From Chiloscyllium plagiosum (lineage: Eukaryota), in contig NC_057749.1 in NCBI RefSeq assembly GCF_004010195.1, positions 20,269,182 to 20,333,181 on the forward strand: a DNA stretch of 64,000 nt, written 5' to 3'. A model generated the notes under the pieces. The model worked only from the letters and a program-made list of their open reading frames with translations. It was not told where the DNA came from and searched no databases. Shown in pieces: positions 24,190 through 37,652 of the stretch. The number at the start of each line of letters is the position of its first letter. Within the stretch, counting starts at the first letter, position 1. The position numbers and the translations under genes were made by a program.

Positions 24190-25285
24190 TTGTTTGTTTA
24201 TAGGATGTGGGCATTGTGTCTGGGCCAGTATTTATTCCCCATTGCCCTGGGGAGGGTGGTGAGGCGTTGCCTTTGTGAACCGCTGCAAGCCATGTGGTGT
24301 AGGAATACCTATGGTGATGTTAGGGAGGGAGTTTCAGGATTTTGACCCAGGGACAATGAAGCAACAGTAATATTGCACAGGTCAGGATGGTAAACCTGCT
24401 TTTGGTGGTATTTCCTTGATTTACTGCTATTGTCCTTCAAAGTGGGGGAATGTGTGTGTTTGGAAGGTGCTGTCAACCGAGGCTTGGTGAGTTACTAAAT
24501 GCTGCCACTGTATTTCAGTAGTGAAAAATGTTGAAAGTGACGGATGCAGTGTAAGTTAAGAGGGTTTGTATGTCCCGACTGGTGTTGAGCTTCTTGAATG
24601 TTGTTGGCACTGCACCCATCCAGGCAAGCATGTTCCTGTCTTCTGCCTTGAGATTGATGGCCAAGCTTTGGGGGCGTAGGAGATGAGGTTTCTCCAAACG
24701 AGTCCCAACCTCTGACCTGCTCTTGTAGCCATGGTATATATATGGCTGGTCCAGTTCAGTTTATATTCATTGTTCACGCCAGCGTGTTGAAAATTGAGAA
24801 TTCAATTATGGAGTGCCATGGAATCTCAATGGATGATGGTTAGATGCTCGTTTATTCGATAAAGCCATTGCCTGGCACGAGTACCATGAATGTTGGGCAT
24901 GTGTCAACCCAAGCTGGATGCTGTTTAGGTCTTGCTGCGTTTTCTGATGAGTTGTGAATGGCGCTAAACATTGCACAATTATCAGCAAACGTCTTCATTT
25001 TTGATTTTATGATGCAGGGAAGGTCATTGCTGCAGCACCTGAAGATAGCTATGTCTAGGACACTACCCTGGAGTTACGATGATTGACCTCCAGCAATCTC
25101 AGCCGTCTTCATTTATGCTCTGTATGACTGCAAATGACATGGAGCTTTCCCACTATTCCCACTGCCTCAAGTTTTGCTGGGACTCCTTGATACCATGCTC
25201 AGTCCAAAGCAACCTTGATGTTAAGGACAGTCGCTTCCACCTCACCTTTAGAATTCATCTCTTTTGTCCCTGTTTGAACCAAGGC
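24190..25285 (-). mobile_element. LINE family B, 3' ~1.1 kb
   Basis: Antisense peptides KLNWTSHIYTMATRAGQRLG and LAWMGAVPTTFKKL, plus tail ggatgtgggc...ggccagtatttatt. Confidence 0.8.
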
Positions 25286-25526
25286 TGTATTGGAATCTGA
25301 GAAATTGGAAATAGTTTATAGCTTATACAAGTAATATGTCAGGATGTTGTGCAGGTGCCAAAGAAGGAACAGATTTACCTCATGATACATGGAAAACTAT
25401 AACAATTGCACAGTGAGTTAACTTTTTTTGCTGGAATGCAGATGGTTCTTGCTGAATTAGAAGTTTCCTTTGTTCTTTGCGATATAGGCAGCCGTGTCAA
25501 GGATCAGCACTCAACGCCCATACCTA

Positions 25527-25752
25527 ATTCTCCCCGTGTCTGCGTGGGTTTCCTCCGGGTGCTCCGGTTTCCTCCCACAGTCCAAAAATGTGCAGGTTAG
25601 GCGAATTGGCCATGCTAAATTGCCCGTAGTGTTAGATGAAGGGGTAAATATAGGGGAATAGGTCTGGGTGGGTTACGCTTCGGCGGGTCGGTGTGGACTT
25701 GTTGGGCCGAAGGGCCTGTTTCCACACTGTAAGTAATCTAATCTAATCTAAT
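25527..25752 (+). mobile_element. 5'-truncated HE1-type V-SINE with (TCTAA)n tail
   Basis: ttctccccgtgtctgcgtgggtttcctccgggtgctccgg...gggcctgtttccacactgtaagtaatctaatctaatctaa. Confidence 0.9.
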
Positions 25753-27911
25753 TCAGTTTTTCTTTAAAATCAATCCAGTCATATGTTACAACATTCCTCT
25801 GGAGTTGAACCTCAATCCTTCTAGCATACTGCACCACCAGAGACTCCTATCCAATTTATCTTGAGAAATTTCAATCACATTTCAGCAAGGTGTTTATTTG
25901 ACCATTATCATTTGAGATGTAGCCAGTTCTGCTATTATGTGTCTTGCGTTACTGTGAATTGACTCTCAAACGGATGGATACGGAACACTGTTTCCACAAT
26001 ATGAACTTGTAAAAGGTGTATTGGCTATAATGCCATTACGTCTCCATCACTTTGTGTTATTTTTATTGCACGATTTTCATATTCCACGGGGCTGCATAGG
26101 AACGCAGTTGTCGCATTATAGAAGAAATGGCTGTATGTCGACAAAATTCCAAATGGAAAACATCTCACAAAATCAGGTGGAGTAAGGTGTTCCAAGGAAT
26201 ACTTGTTCCATTATTATACTGCCAGGTATAAACTTCAGAGCTGTTACACAAACCAATCTTAATAAAGTAACCACAATTACAATTAAACCATCACTTTCCC
26301 AACTCCTGCCATTGCTGATGGCACCAATGATTTTGCCAATGCCCATTACAACCTGACAAGTCTGCCTTCTTCATTAATGTCCCAGTTGAGCTGAAGGTAG
26401 CTGTTTTATTCAGAACATCTCGTATGCTTCTTTCAGTACTGTTGGTAATGTTAAAATTTAAAATTTAGATGTACTACATTTCTTTTAACTAGACTAAGAG
26501 TAAAGTGTACAAGAATGTTAGCAGGGTTGTTCAGACTTGCTCCATATAATTGCTAGTCCCTAATAGCTAAGAACCAAAATTACGTGCCACCACAGGTTAT
26601 CCAGCTTGGTCTGATGTTTGCATTATTGTCACATAGCTTCAACAGATCGAGTCCCACTTGAGGACAGTATGTTACTCGAAGAGTGCTGTTTATCTGGAGT
26701 TGTTTCTAGTCAAGCATGTGAATAGGATGAGCAAAGGTCAGAAATGTCCATTATGCCTGTGTGACCCACAAGTTGCAGACAATCAAGTCTTGACCTGGCC
26801 CCTCAACACCATTTTCCTGTGAGACAAAGGAAAAAGTAAATTTAGGTAAACCTGCAAAATATTCCTCTGAAGACAGTGATGATGACAACATCCAGGAGAC
26901 CACGTTGATCAGTAAATCTTTTGTATCCCTGCAATCTTGGAAAACGTGCTGTTATTACCTGAAAATTCTTTAAGGCGAACTGACCTCTGAGTTATCAATG
27001 TATCAGATAATTGTGAAAAGATTCCTGATACTATTTGCAGAATAGCAGGATGCTTCTGTTTAACATTCTGACCAAAAAAGCTCAGTTTTTGCTGCTTTTG
27101 TATTCTGTAAATTGGCTCCATTCTGCTTCCAGCAAATCATCGTGGCTGTCTGAGAGACATTAGTAAAATGCTACAAATGTGTACGGCTTTCTCTTTCTAT
27201 TAGTATTATTTTAGTGTTTAACTTGGGTTTCCCTGGTCTGAAGGTGTAAGAGCCTATTTGTGTTACAGTCGAGCAGTATTATTTGCTGAGTCATAGTCCT
27301 ACCTAAGTGACACTAAAACAGCTTTTGGAGTCAGTCGAAGTTTTTAGAATTAGTCTCCAAGGGGGGTGTCCTTGTAATTTCATCCATTGAATACAACTGT
27401 CTGTCATGTTCACATAAGAAAAGTCTCACTGAGCGAGCTAACCTGGCCCATAGAATAGTATTGCTAATACATTTCTCTGATGGGCTATGATGGTTTGAAA
27501 TTACCTGGGAAGGGGTGAGCATCTAGATTAATGACCTCTGCCAGTGGGTGAAAAAGTTTGAGCTATTTCTGTCCCATCTCCTTCATTAAAAACTTCTGGA
27601 AACCAGCCTGGCTATGATTTCATTCCCTTCACCACACAAGCCAGCAACCTGCTCCACTATTCTCCAGAAGAGTAACCTCTAGCCAGCTAATCTATACCTG
27701 CTCCTGTAGGCCTACTTTTAAAGTTTGAGGAAGGAAACAAATGGAAGATTGAAAAGAACCTTAAACCAAATGAGGCAATTGGCAGAATGCGCAACCTGTC
27801 AGTTCTGAGACTCCCAGATCAAATTAGCTGTAAACATTACTATGACAAGCACTTCCCTAAAATATTCAGAATTACCTTGGCTTCAGTATGTCTTGACAGT
27901 TTGACATAAGT

Positions 27912-29070
27912 GTCAACCATGGCTCAACCGTTAATGTTGTCACCTCAGTCACAGCTTTTGTATTCAATTCTCAGTGTATGGTTTTGATTACAAAAATCAA
28001 GGTTGACACTTCTGTGCAGTACAGAGGGAGTGCTGGACTGTTCGGTTTTGCTGTCTTTTGAACTGCGGCCCCATCTGCATGGTTGTGTGGTGGTGAAATT
28101 TCCCATGACACTATTTCAAAAAAGAGCAAGGATTTCTCCTGGACTGGGCAACATTTATCCCTTAGTCAGAATCAGAAAAACAGGTTCTGTCTTTCGAATC
28201 ATAGCATCATAGAGATGTACACCATTGAAACAGACCCTTCGGTCCTACTTGTTCATGCTGACCCGATCACTTAGATTAATCTTGTCCTATTTGCCAGCAT
28301 TTGACCCTTATCCCTCTAAACCCCTCCTATTCATATTCCATCTAGATACCTTCTATGTGTTGTAATTGTACCAGCCTCCACCACTTCCTCTGGCAGCTCA
28401 TTCCAAACATGCACCACCCCTCTGCATGAAAAAGTTGCCCCTTAGATCTCTTTTCAATCTATACCCTCTCACCTTAAATCTATGCCCTCTAGCTTTGGAC
28501 TCCCCCATCCTAGGGGAAACACTTTGTCTTTTTACTCTGTCCATGTCCCTCATAATTTTATGAACCCCTATAAGGTCACCTCTCAGCCTCTGAGGTTCCA
28601 GGGAAAATAGCCACATCTTATTCAGCCTCTCCTTAAAACTCAAACCCTTCAACCCTGTCAACATCCTTGTAAATCTTTTCTGAACCCTTTTGAAGTTTCA
28701 CAACATCCTTCCCATGGGAGGGAGACCAGAATTGCAGACAATATTCCACAAGTGGCCTAACCAATGTGTCCTGTGCAGCCGCGACATGGCCTCCCAACTC
28801 TTATTATCAATTCATTGGCCAATAAAGGCAAGCATACCAAATGCCGCCTTCACTATCCTGTTTATCTGGGACTGCACTTTCAAGGAACTATGAACTTGCA
28901 CTCCAAAGTCTCTTTGTTCAACCACACTCCCAAGGACCTTACCATTAAGTGTATAAGTCTGTTACTTCTGGGAGTTTTCAGTGCACAAATTTGCTGCCAT
29001 ATTTCTTAGTTGTAAAATGCTTTGAGGTGTCCAGTCAGTGTGAAAAGTGCTGTAATAATGTGAGCCCTTT
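27912..29070 (+). mobile_element. Deu-domain SINE split by a CR1 insertion (5' part about 27912-28195; 3' part about 28961-29070)
   Basis: 5' part: gacacttctgtgcagtacagagggagtgctg...cccatgacactattt. 3' part: gtgcacaaatttgctgcc...gtgaaaagtgctgtaataatg. Confidence 0.65.
28196..28960 (-). mobile_element. CR1/HER1-type LINE 3' ~760 bp
   Basis: ORF 28398-28664 has LFSLEPQRLRGDLIGVHKIMR. Tail is catagagatgtac. Confidence 0.9.
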
Positions 29071-29994
29071 CTTGGCTTTTAAGAGTTGATGAAATGGAGA
29101 CCAACTTTGATCTCAACAAATGATAGAACAGGCCCAAAAGCATAAGTGGACTCCTCCTGGTCCTGAACGATGGAGAAAGCTACAACTGCTTATATTGAAT
29201 ACTTCAGCATTTCTAGTATTCAACGAATGATGTTTCCTCTTGTATTTTGTGTTATATGGAGTCCTTTTGTATAAAATTCCACATCAGAATACACAATGAT
29301 AATTCACAGATGTGTGATTCAGTTATACGCCTTATTAACTTGCCCCATGCAGTCTTTGAATATTGATCTGTTTGCTCTGATGTTTCCTTTATAATTTGTG
29401 TTTGAACTCAGTGTCTGAATTTATTTGAAGCAAAATCTTCTGCAGCAAGCAGATAAATTTCTTCTTCACATTGAGATGGTAATGAAAATCTCACAAATTG
29501 AAATATAGTGAGATAGTCTGAGTTGATGTTCCTGACAGCACAATGATTAGCTTATCCCAGTTTGAACCATTTAATTAAGCTTTTGTGCAAATCCTTCCTT
29601 AGCATTCATTTCAAGTACAGCAGAATGGATGGATGTATTTTCAAATTTTTAATGCTATGAGCAAAAGTGAGATTTGTTTTGTTAAGGCTCTGCCTGGAAG
29701 CTAATTATGCCTATCAATAATACAAAAGCAAAATATTGCCATTGCTATAAATCTGAATTTAAAACACTCAGCAAGTCAAGTAGCATCTGTGGAGAGAGGA
29801 AAAGAGAGGATGTTTCACGAGAGTCATTTAGTGCTGTGCCGTCCTCTTTCAGGCTCTTAGTATAACCTTCAGCATCAACATCCTTGGAGTCACCCACATT
29901 CCAGAAACTTAACTGATCAGCTACAAATTTTGAGAATTTTCACAGCTTCTGGGACAAAGCCTGTTAACTTTCGCTTATCTCACCACTATTCAAA

Positions 29995-30190
29995 GAAGTG
30001 CAGGTTAGGTGAATTGGCCCTGCTAAACTGCCCATGGTTTTCATGGATGAGTAGGTTAGGTGCATTAGTTAGGGGTAAAATATAGAGTAATAGAGTAGGG
30101 GAATGGTTCTGGGTGGGTTACTCTTTGGAAGGTCGGTGTAGATTTGTTGAGCTAAATAGCCTGTTTCCACACTGCAGGGATTCTTTGATT
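29995..30190 (+). mobile_element. 5'-truncated HE1-type V-SINE
   Basis: gtgcaggttaggtgaattggcc...ctgtttccacactgcagggattct. Confidence 0.8.
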
Positions 30191-30959
30191 CACTGTCACA
30201 CAGTGGAGCAGTGTGTACAGCCTCCAGGGTTTACTGCAGCACCTTGGTGAGGCCCCTTTGTCAATACCTTCCAAGCACACTCCTGTACCACTATGATGGA
30301 GAAATGCAGCAGATGCATGGAGCACCATCTTTTCCAAGTCACAGAGTATCCTGATTTTAGATTGAATCACTTTTCACTGAATCAAGATCCTAGAACTCCC
30401 TCCCTAGCAACAGATGAAGTGGTCTAAGGATATGACGCACCACCACTTCCTCGAGGAGAATTAGGATTGGGCAATTTGTATTGACTTTGCAATCAATGCT
30501 TACAATTTAGGAACAAATTTTAAGAAAAACTCTGAATAACCAAATGGATACTGGACGTCTCAGCATGGATGTTTTCAACAGTTTGTACTTTTCCCTTGGT
30601 GTCCCATCTAAGTTGTGGTGCAATATCAGAACAGTCCGGTCTTTTGAGAGTTAAAAGTATTGCACAGTCCTGTTGGATGTCATAGGCTCCAGCGTGAAGC
30701 TCTCTGTTCCTCCTCCTAATTATTGATATGTGATGTAAAGCTGAGACCTGTGAATAATGCTAGGGAGCACCACTTGGCACATATTGCCAATTAGGAAACT
30801 TTATCTTTATCCCTCCTCCGCATTCTATCTCCAGCCAATTAGTGACTCATGTCAGAAGATTACTTTTGATTCACTCTCATTTTGCTCCTGATTTCATGTT
30901 TGTAATATCATCATATGCTGTTTGGAGGGTGATTGCGAGAGCATCTGCAGCTCCTCTAC

Positions 30960-32130
30960 TATAGAAACATAGAATGTAGGAGCAGGAATAGGCCATTTGG
31001 CCCTTTGAGTTTGCTCCATAATTCACTCTGATCATGCCTGTTCTGGCTTTCTCCAGATATTTTTTGATCCCTTTAGCCTGAAGAAATTTTTGAAAACATT
31101 GAATGTTTTGACCTCAACTCCATTCAGTGGCGGAGAATTCCACAGGCGCCTCACTTTCTGGGGTGAAGAGATTTCTTCTTTTCGCGATTCTCAAAGGTCT
31201 GTCCCTTAATCTCAGAGTGTGAGCCCTGGTTCTGAACTCCCTGGTAATCAAGAACATCCTTCCTGCAACTTCCCATCTAACCCTGTTAGAATTTTATCGT
31301 TTTCCAAGTGATCCACCCACGCGCACGCACGCCCACCCACACACCCGTGTGCGCGTGCCCACACACGCACCCCGAACAAAAGGGCCCCCCACACGCGTGC
31401 CTCCCCCACACGCGCGCCTACCCCCCCACGCGCACCCCCCCACACGCACGCACCCCCCCACACACACACATGCGCGCGCCCTCCCCACACACACGCACGC
31501 TTCCCCTCACACACACTATTTTTCTAAACTCTTGTGAGTATAGTCCCACCATCCCAGGATTCAGTCTGGTAAACCTTCTTTGCACTTCCTCAACAGCCAA
31601 ATCACTTTCTGAGATAAGGATACCAAAACTTTATTCAATACTCCAGCTGTGGTCTCATCAAGTCCCAATACAATTGCAGCAAGACGTCCCTGCGCCTGTA
31701 CTTGAATCCTCTCACTATGCAGGTCAGCATACCATTTTCCGTCTTCACTGCCTGTTGTGCCTATCTGCTTACTTTCAGCAACTGGTGTAGAAAAGCACCC
31801 AAATCTCACTGCACCTCCCCTTTCCCATTCACATGAACTGTCTGTTTTTTACTATCAAAATGGATAACCTCACATTTATCTACATTATACTTAATCTGCC
31901 ATATATTTGCCCACTTAACTTGTCCAAGTCACACTGAAGCTCAGCTCATCCTCTCACTCAGCTTTGTGCCATCTGCAAACTTGGAGATATGAAATGTTGT
32001 TTTCTCATATAAATCATAAATATACATTTTGAATTGCTTGGGTTCTAGCACTCATCCCTGCGGTACCCCACTAGTTACTGCCTGCTAATTGGGAAAAAGA
32101 CCTCTTTATTCCTGCTCTTTGTTTCCTTTC
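30960..32130 (-). mobile_element. CR1-type LINE 3' ~1.1 kb containing a low-complexity insert
   Basis: Tail atagaaacatagaatgtaggagcagga, and antisense peptide AVEEVQRRFTRLNPGM. Confidence 0.8.
31316..31516. repeat. Degenerate C-rich (CA/CG)n low-complexity tract
   Basis: cacgcgcacgcacgcccacccacacacc... about 200 bp. It generates several spurious ORFs. Confidence 0.9.
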
Positions 32131-33559
32131 TGTCCTACGCCATGTTCGTCACTCAGGGCAGCAGGTGCCTGTCCTGAGTAGTTGGCATCACTTGCACTAT
32201 CTCAGCTGCAACTCAGTTATACTTCCTCCATTCATTACATTCCACAAGTATGTTTGTTAGATCATCCAGTACATGTCACTGCGCTGCTGTTCAGAAGAGA
32301 TGGTGATAGCAATTCAGAGTCCTGTGAAATGTAGGTTTGCTACCAGACTTGCTTAGCAGATTCCATTTGGCCCATCATTTTCTGAGGAGAGTGAGGAACA
32401 GATTGTATTAGTTCAGTGAACCACATTGCCACATTAATATCATTACTTGGGTGTGATACTCAAACTGGATGGCATACTCAGTAGAGATAAATGATGCTAT
32501 AAGTTAAGGTTTGGCTATGCTGCCTCACACTTGCTTTAGTGCTCTTCCTCCTTGACTGACCTCTGTATGAGTTCAGGAGTTTTATTGATTTGTTTTGCTA
32601 CCTTTATTCCCAATGTTTAAAAGGCTGTTCCATGCATCGAAGAGTGCTATTGATGAATAGAAATTGCATAGAGCACCAACAGTTTCATCTAACTGCAGAA
32701 TTTCTGATGTACTGTTTTGTTATGGGGCAACTGATTTGAAACGTTGCTTATTAAAACTTTCCTGGTGATGTGAGCATCGAAGGCAGCACCATATGTTTCC
32801 CATTCCTAATTGCACTTGCAGGTGATGAACCACCATCATGAACTGCTGCAGTTCACATGGTGCAGCTATACCCCCAGTGCTGATTGGAAGGGAGTTCCAG
32901 GATTTTGACCCAGTGAGTATCTTGGAGGGGACCGTGTAGGTGGTCATGTTCCAATGTGTCTACTATCCTTGTCCTTCTAGGTGACAGAGGTTGTAGGTTT
33001 TGAAAGTGCTGTCAGGGGAACCTTGGTGAGGTGCTGCAGTACATCTTGTAGATGGTACATGCTGAAACTGCTATGCTTCAGTGGATGGAAAGAGTGAATT
33101 TTTTTTAAAATTGGCATAAGAGCTTCAACATTGTGACTTTACTATATCAAAGTGCATTGACCCTGTTCTGTCATTGATAGTAGACGTAAGAGAGATTTGC
33201 ATTTATATAGAACCACTTGCAGCCTCAGAACATTTCTCAAGCATTTTATAATTAATGAAGCACTATTATAGCCTAGCCACTGCTTCCCCCTATCTATCCT
33301 GCTTGTCATCTTCTCAAAGAATTCTAGTAAACTTGTTAAACATAATTTCCCTTTTGTGATGCCATGCTGATTCTGCTTGGTTGTGTATTTTGAAATCCTC
33401 TGATATGACATCCTTTATTATAGTCTCTAACATTTTCCCAATAACTGATGTTAAGCTAACTGACCTCTAGTTACCCGTTTTTTGTCTCCTTCCATTTTTA
33501 AATAAAATGCAATCTGTCGTGGTTATCTTTTTGCCATCATATGGTGGTGGGTGCCTTAT

Positions 33560-34050
33560 TGTTGTACCTTGATGAGGCCCACAGCCGGAGTATTGTGTGC
33601 AGTTTTGGTCTCCTTACTTGACTGATTCCTGAGATGGCAAGACCGACCTGAGAGAGACTAGATCAGTTGGGACTCTCGACACTAGAGTGCAGAAGAATGA
33701 ACAAGAGACTTGTAGAAATAAAATTCTAACCGTATTAGACAAGTAAATGCAGGGCTGTCCAGAATCAGGTGCCATGGTTTAAGGTTATGGGATAGGCCTT
33801 TTAGGAATGAGATGAGAGATTTCTTCACCCAGCGAGTGGTGAGCTGTGGAATTCCCTGACAGAAAGTGATTAAGGCCAAAACATTGAATGTTTTCAAGGA
33901 GGAGTTAGATATAGTTCTTGGGCTAAAATATCAAAAGACATGGGGGGAAAGGGGGAGCAGGGTCATCGATTGGCTGAGCAGCCATGATCATATTGAACAG
34001 TGGTGCAGGCTTGAAAGCATTGAATGGCCTACATTTTCTCCTATTTTTTT
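33560..34050 (+). mobile_element. CR1-type LINE 3' end
   Basis: ggagtattgtgtgcagttttggtctccttact, and ttcttcacccagcgagtggtgagctgtggaattcc. Confidence 0.8.
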
Positions 34051-34189
34051 TATGTGCCATTCTGTTCTGGTACAGCAGCTGGAGCAAACACAGTGCCCAG
34101 GAACCAACATGCATGTATGCCTTGCATTGAACCTGTTCTGGATATTTGCTGACTCCTCTCCATTCTTGATGGGAAGAGTTTTTGTGTTT

Positions 34190-34830
34190 CCATAGTAACT
34201 TTCAAAATGTCTGGAATCCCAAGACACTTTATAGCTATTCATGTTTTTTTTATGTAAGCTATTGCTAGTAACAAACTGCAATGTGATAATCACCAGGTAA
34301 CCTGTTTTAATATGTTTTCATGGGCTGTTTTTACACCCACCCAAAGAAACAAATATGGGCATAGGTTTAAACTCGCATCCAAAAGACAGCACATCCCATT
34401 GGTTTCATGCTCCCTTTGTGCTGTACTGTAATGTCAGCCTTAATTTTCATCCCCAAGCCCTGGAGTGGGAATTCAACTCAACAGAATGATTTGGAGATGA
34501 GTGTATTAGCAACAAGTCATGGCTGACACTAAAGTCCAAGTACTATGACATGCCAAAGCCACCTTATTCTGAATATTATTTCAGAGGAGCGCATATCATG
34601 GCAATGTTTACAATAAATATAGTTTGGGAATTTTGTTGCAAGCATACAGCCATGTGCTCTTTTGCATTCACCCATAGGACAGAAAATGCCTTGACCGAAA
34701 GGCAGCATCTCTGACAGTGCAGCACTCCCACAGTCCTGGACTGCTGTATCAACCTAGATTTTGTGCTCAAGTCACTAGAATTAGAACCCATTGCTTCAGA
34801 CTTAAGGATATCTGAGTTGGGACCAAAGGG
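34190..34830 (-). mobile_element. Two adjacent decayed Deu-domain SINEs (about 34190-34530 and 34600-34825)
   Basis: aaaagacagcacatccc...tgtcagcct and gaaaggcagcatctctgacagtgcagcactccc...attttgtgctcaagtc. Confidence 0.6.
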
Positions 34831-35805
34831 TCTGTTTGTACCCTGTACATCTCTGTATGACTTGAAAGACCGTGTATTACCCAATGAGGCATGCTTTTCG
34901 CTGAAGACGTATACCTCCATCTGTAAATGGCATTATTGCACATCGCTGAATACAGCAGAATTAGTGGATCGAGGTGAGTTTGCAAACATTAACTATTTTC
35001 CCTCAGCAGTGGGTAAATTTAATATAGCCAACATTCTTATGGTCAAACAAACATTTATTGAATCCCATATGCTCTCAACCACAGTAGTGATGAAACAGAA
35101 TCAGTAATATATTTGAAAAAGAGGAGCAGGTATTATGTTGGAAAAGAAAAGTTTGTGGACTGAAGTGAATAGTTCCTTTAGAGAGCCAGCATGGCATAAT
35201 GGGCCAAATTATCACCCATTGTGTTGTAAAATTCTGTAAATGGATTGAATTATTTGTCAATATTCGAAAATAATAATTCTCTCTTATCTCTTGCTTTCTG
35301 GCAGATGTCTTGGGTGGATTGTAAATCAGAATATTAAAAAAAAGGAAGCAATTCAAGTTTAAATGTTCATTTGTGATGATTATTAAGTTTTCAGTAATTA
35401 GATGCTGTGTCAGTTCAAATATTCCCTTTATTCTCTTTGATTAGTGTTCAAACACTCTGTTGAGATGTGGCAGTTTTACCTCCTAAAGATTAATGATATT
35501 CTGTAATATCTTTACAGGAGTTTTACATCCGTATGAGTTAACTGATTGCATTGTTTAGGTTTTGAAAGCTTGAATATGGTTAGAATACAGGATTCTGTGT
35601 TGCATTTGGCTTCTTGAGTTGCAACATGTAGGTTCCTCAAATCCCAATTGATAGGTTGCAGGTAAGAGAGAGGGTTTTTCTTGTGTAAATGTTATTAAAT
35701 GGTTGTCTCATACCAAAAGGTTTCCTACTTCAATGTAGTGTGGAGTTGGAAGGAAGAAACGGGGCAAGGTTCCTCATTTTTAACTTGTCTGATCTGTTTA
35801 AACAG

Positions 35806-36040
35806 CTGAACCGAATGGAGTATGTTCACTCAAAGAGCTTAATCTACAGAGACGTCAAGCCGGAAAACTTTCTAATTGGAAGGCAAGGCAATAAAAAGGA
35901 ACACATAATCCATATAATAGACTTTGGTTTAGCCAAGGAGTATGTTGATCCTGATACCAAAAAGCACATCCCCTACAGGGAACACAAGAGCTTAACGGGC
36001 ACTGCAAGATACATGTCCATCAACACTCACCTGGGCAAAG
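35806..36040 (+). CDS. CSNK1G1: CK1 gamma-1 exon: [23 protein letters not shown]...[10 protein letters not shown]...[17 protein letters not shown]
   Basis: Acceptor ...gtttaaacag and donor AAG|gtctgt. Contains catalytic loop [11 protein letters not shown] and the CK1-specific SIN motif. Lies within ORF 35689-36054. Confidence 0.97.
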
Positions 36041-36897
36041 GTCTGTTGTCTTAACTGAAACTTACTTTGGGTGGGGTTTGCTGGTGTACAATGCGGGAAG
36101 GTAAAATGCTAAAATGCTACGCTGTTTTATAGGTGTTGGGGGAAAATGATTTCTGTTCTACATGTAAAAATACAATGCTGACATTTACAGGTCAACTAAT
36201 GCATGGTGTCATTTATGCAAATTTGAAGAAGTCTTTAAGTGCGACCTGACTCGTGTCTTCCTTCCCCCATCTTGCACCATTCTGTGACATAAATGGGTGC
36301 AGGTTTGTTGCTGATGTTGACAACTTCAAGATGGCAGAGGTCCCATGGATGATTCACTGTAGTTTCGTATTCTCCTCTCGCCTCTTCGCCCATCCTCCCC
36401 ACCACCAACAAAACTCCATAGAATGCAAACTCAACATTCTGTTCCCTGACAGGGACCCTTTGGATTCTGAGGCCTTCTCCAATGTTGTGCCATGAGGTCT
36501 TGATAAACTGCCAAAAATAAACTGCCTGCCCGTTTAAATGTCTTTTACCCAAAAGCTGACTCCTCTGACAATGCAGCGCATTGTCATTCACCTGGGGTGT
36601 TATGCTCAAATCCTGTAGTTGGGCTTGAACCCACAACATTCTGAATCAATGGAGCCATAGCAGACAGTTACCTCCCTTTTGCTCTGGATGTAAAGTTTTA
36701 ATCGCCTGTGTCTGTTTTAGTGTTGTACTTCATTGAATTTTCTCCATAATGTATACTGGATTTTCATGAAACCAAATGATCGTACATTTGGTGTTAAGAG
36801 TTGGGGTAATAGAAGGAAATCTATTTAGGAAGCAGTTTGAGGAAGTGCTGCTTTTAAGCGATGCCAGCTGATGCTCAATTAACCAAAAGGCCAATTA

Positions 36898-37250
36898 ACC
36901 ATAAGACATAGGAGTGGAAGTAAGGCCATTCGGCCCATCGAGTCCACTCCGCCATTCAATCATGGCTGATGGGCATTTCAGCTCCACCTACCCGCATTCT
37001 CCCCGTAGCCCTTAATTCCTTGTGACATCAAGAATTTATCAATTTCTGCCTTGAAGACATTTAGCGTCCAAGCCTCCACTGCACTCTGCGGCAATGAATT
37101 CCACAGGCACACCACTCTCTGGCTGAAGAAATGTCTCCGCATTTCTGTTCTGAATTTACCCCCTCTAATTCTAAGGCTGTGTCCACGGGTCCTAGTCTCC
37201 TCGCCTAACGGAAGCAATTTCCTAGCGTCCACCCTCTCCAAGCCATATAA
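36898..37250 (-). mobile_element. CR1-type LINE 3' end (relatively young subfamily)
   Basis: ORF 36978-37283 has TRTRGHSLRIRG...FFSQRVVCLWNSLP. Tail is ccataagacataggagtgg. Confidence 0.9.
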
Positions 37251-37329
37251 CAGAATGTAGTCTTCCGTGATACTGGTAAACATCTTAAAATTATATTTTT
37301 AAAACATAGCTCTGCTTGACAGTGCCCAC

Positions 37330-37652
37330 ATAGAACCTTGAGTGTGTGGAAAGAAGCCAGTTGGCCCATCTAGTCCACACTGACCCTCCAAACAGCATCC
37401 TATCCAGATCAAACCTCCCCCCTCTGTAACCCTGCATTTTCCATGGCTAATGCACCTCACTTCTGTATGCCTGGACACTATGGGCTATTAGCATGAACAA
37501 TCAACCTAGCCTGCACCTCTTCGGACAGTGGGAGGAAACCCATGCAGACACAGGGACAATGTGCAAACTCCACACAGGCAGTTGCTTGAGGCTGGAATTG
37601 AACTCCAGTCCCTGGTGCTGTGAGGTAGCAATGCTAGCCACTGTGCCACCCC
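37330..37652 (-). mobile_element. HE1-type V-SINE
   Basis: gtgcaaactccacac...gctagccactgtgccacc. Confidence 0.85.

Noticed and set aside
25900..27200. Possible decayed coding or transposon sequence
   Set aside because: No recognisable motif in the frames I tried, so I cannot support a call without a homology search.
31248..31790. Cluster of His/Pro/Thr- or Gly/Val/Cys-rich ORFs
   Set aside because: These are artefacts of the low-complexity CA/CG tract and flanking CR1.
35689..35805. N-terminal extensions of the ORF-track kinase fragments (also 38189-38285, 55564-55660)
   Set aside because: This is intronic sequence upstream of clear acceptor sites. Kinase similarity starts exactly at the AG.
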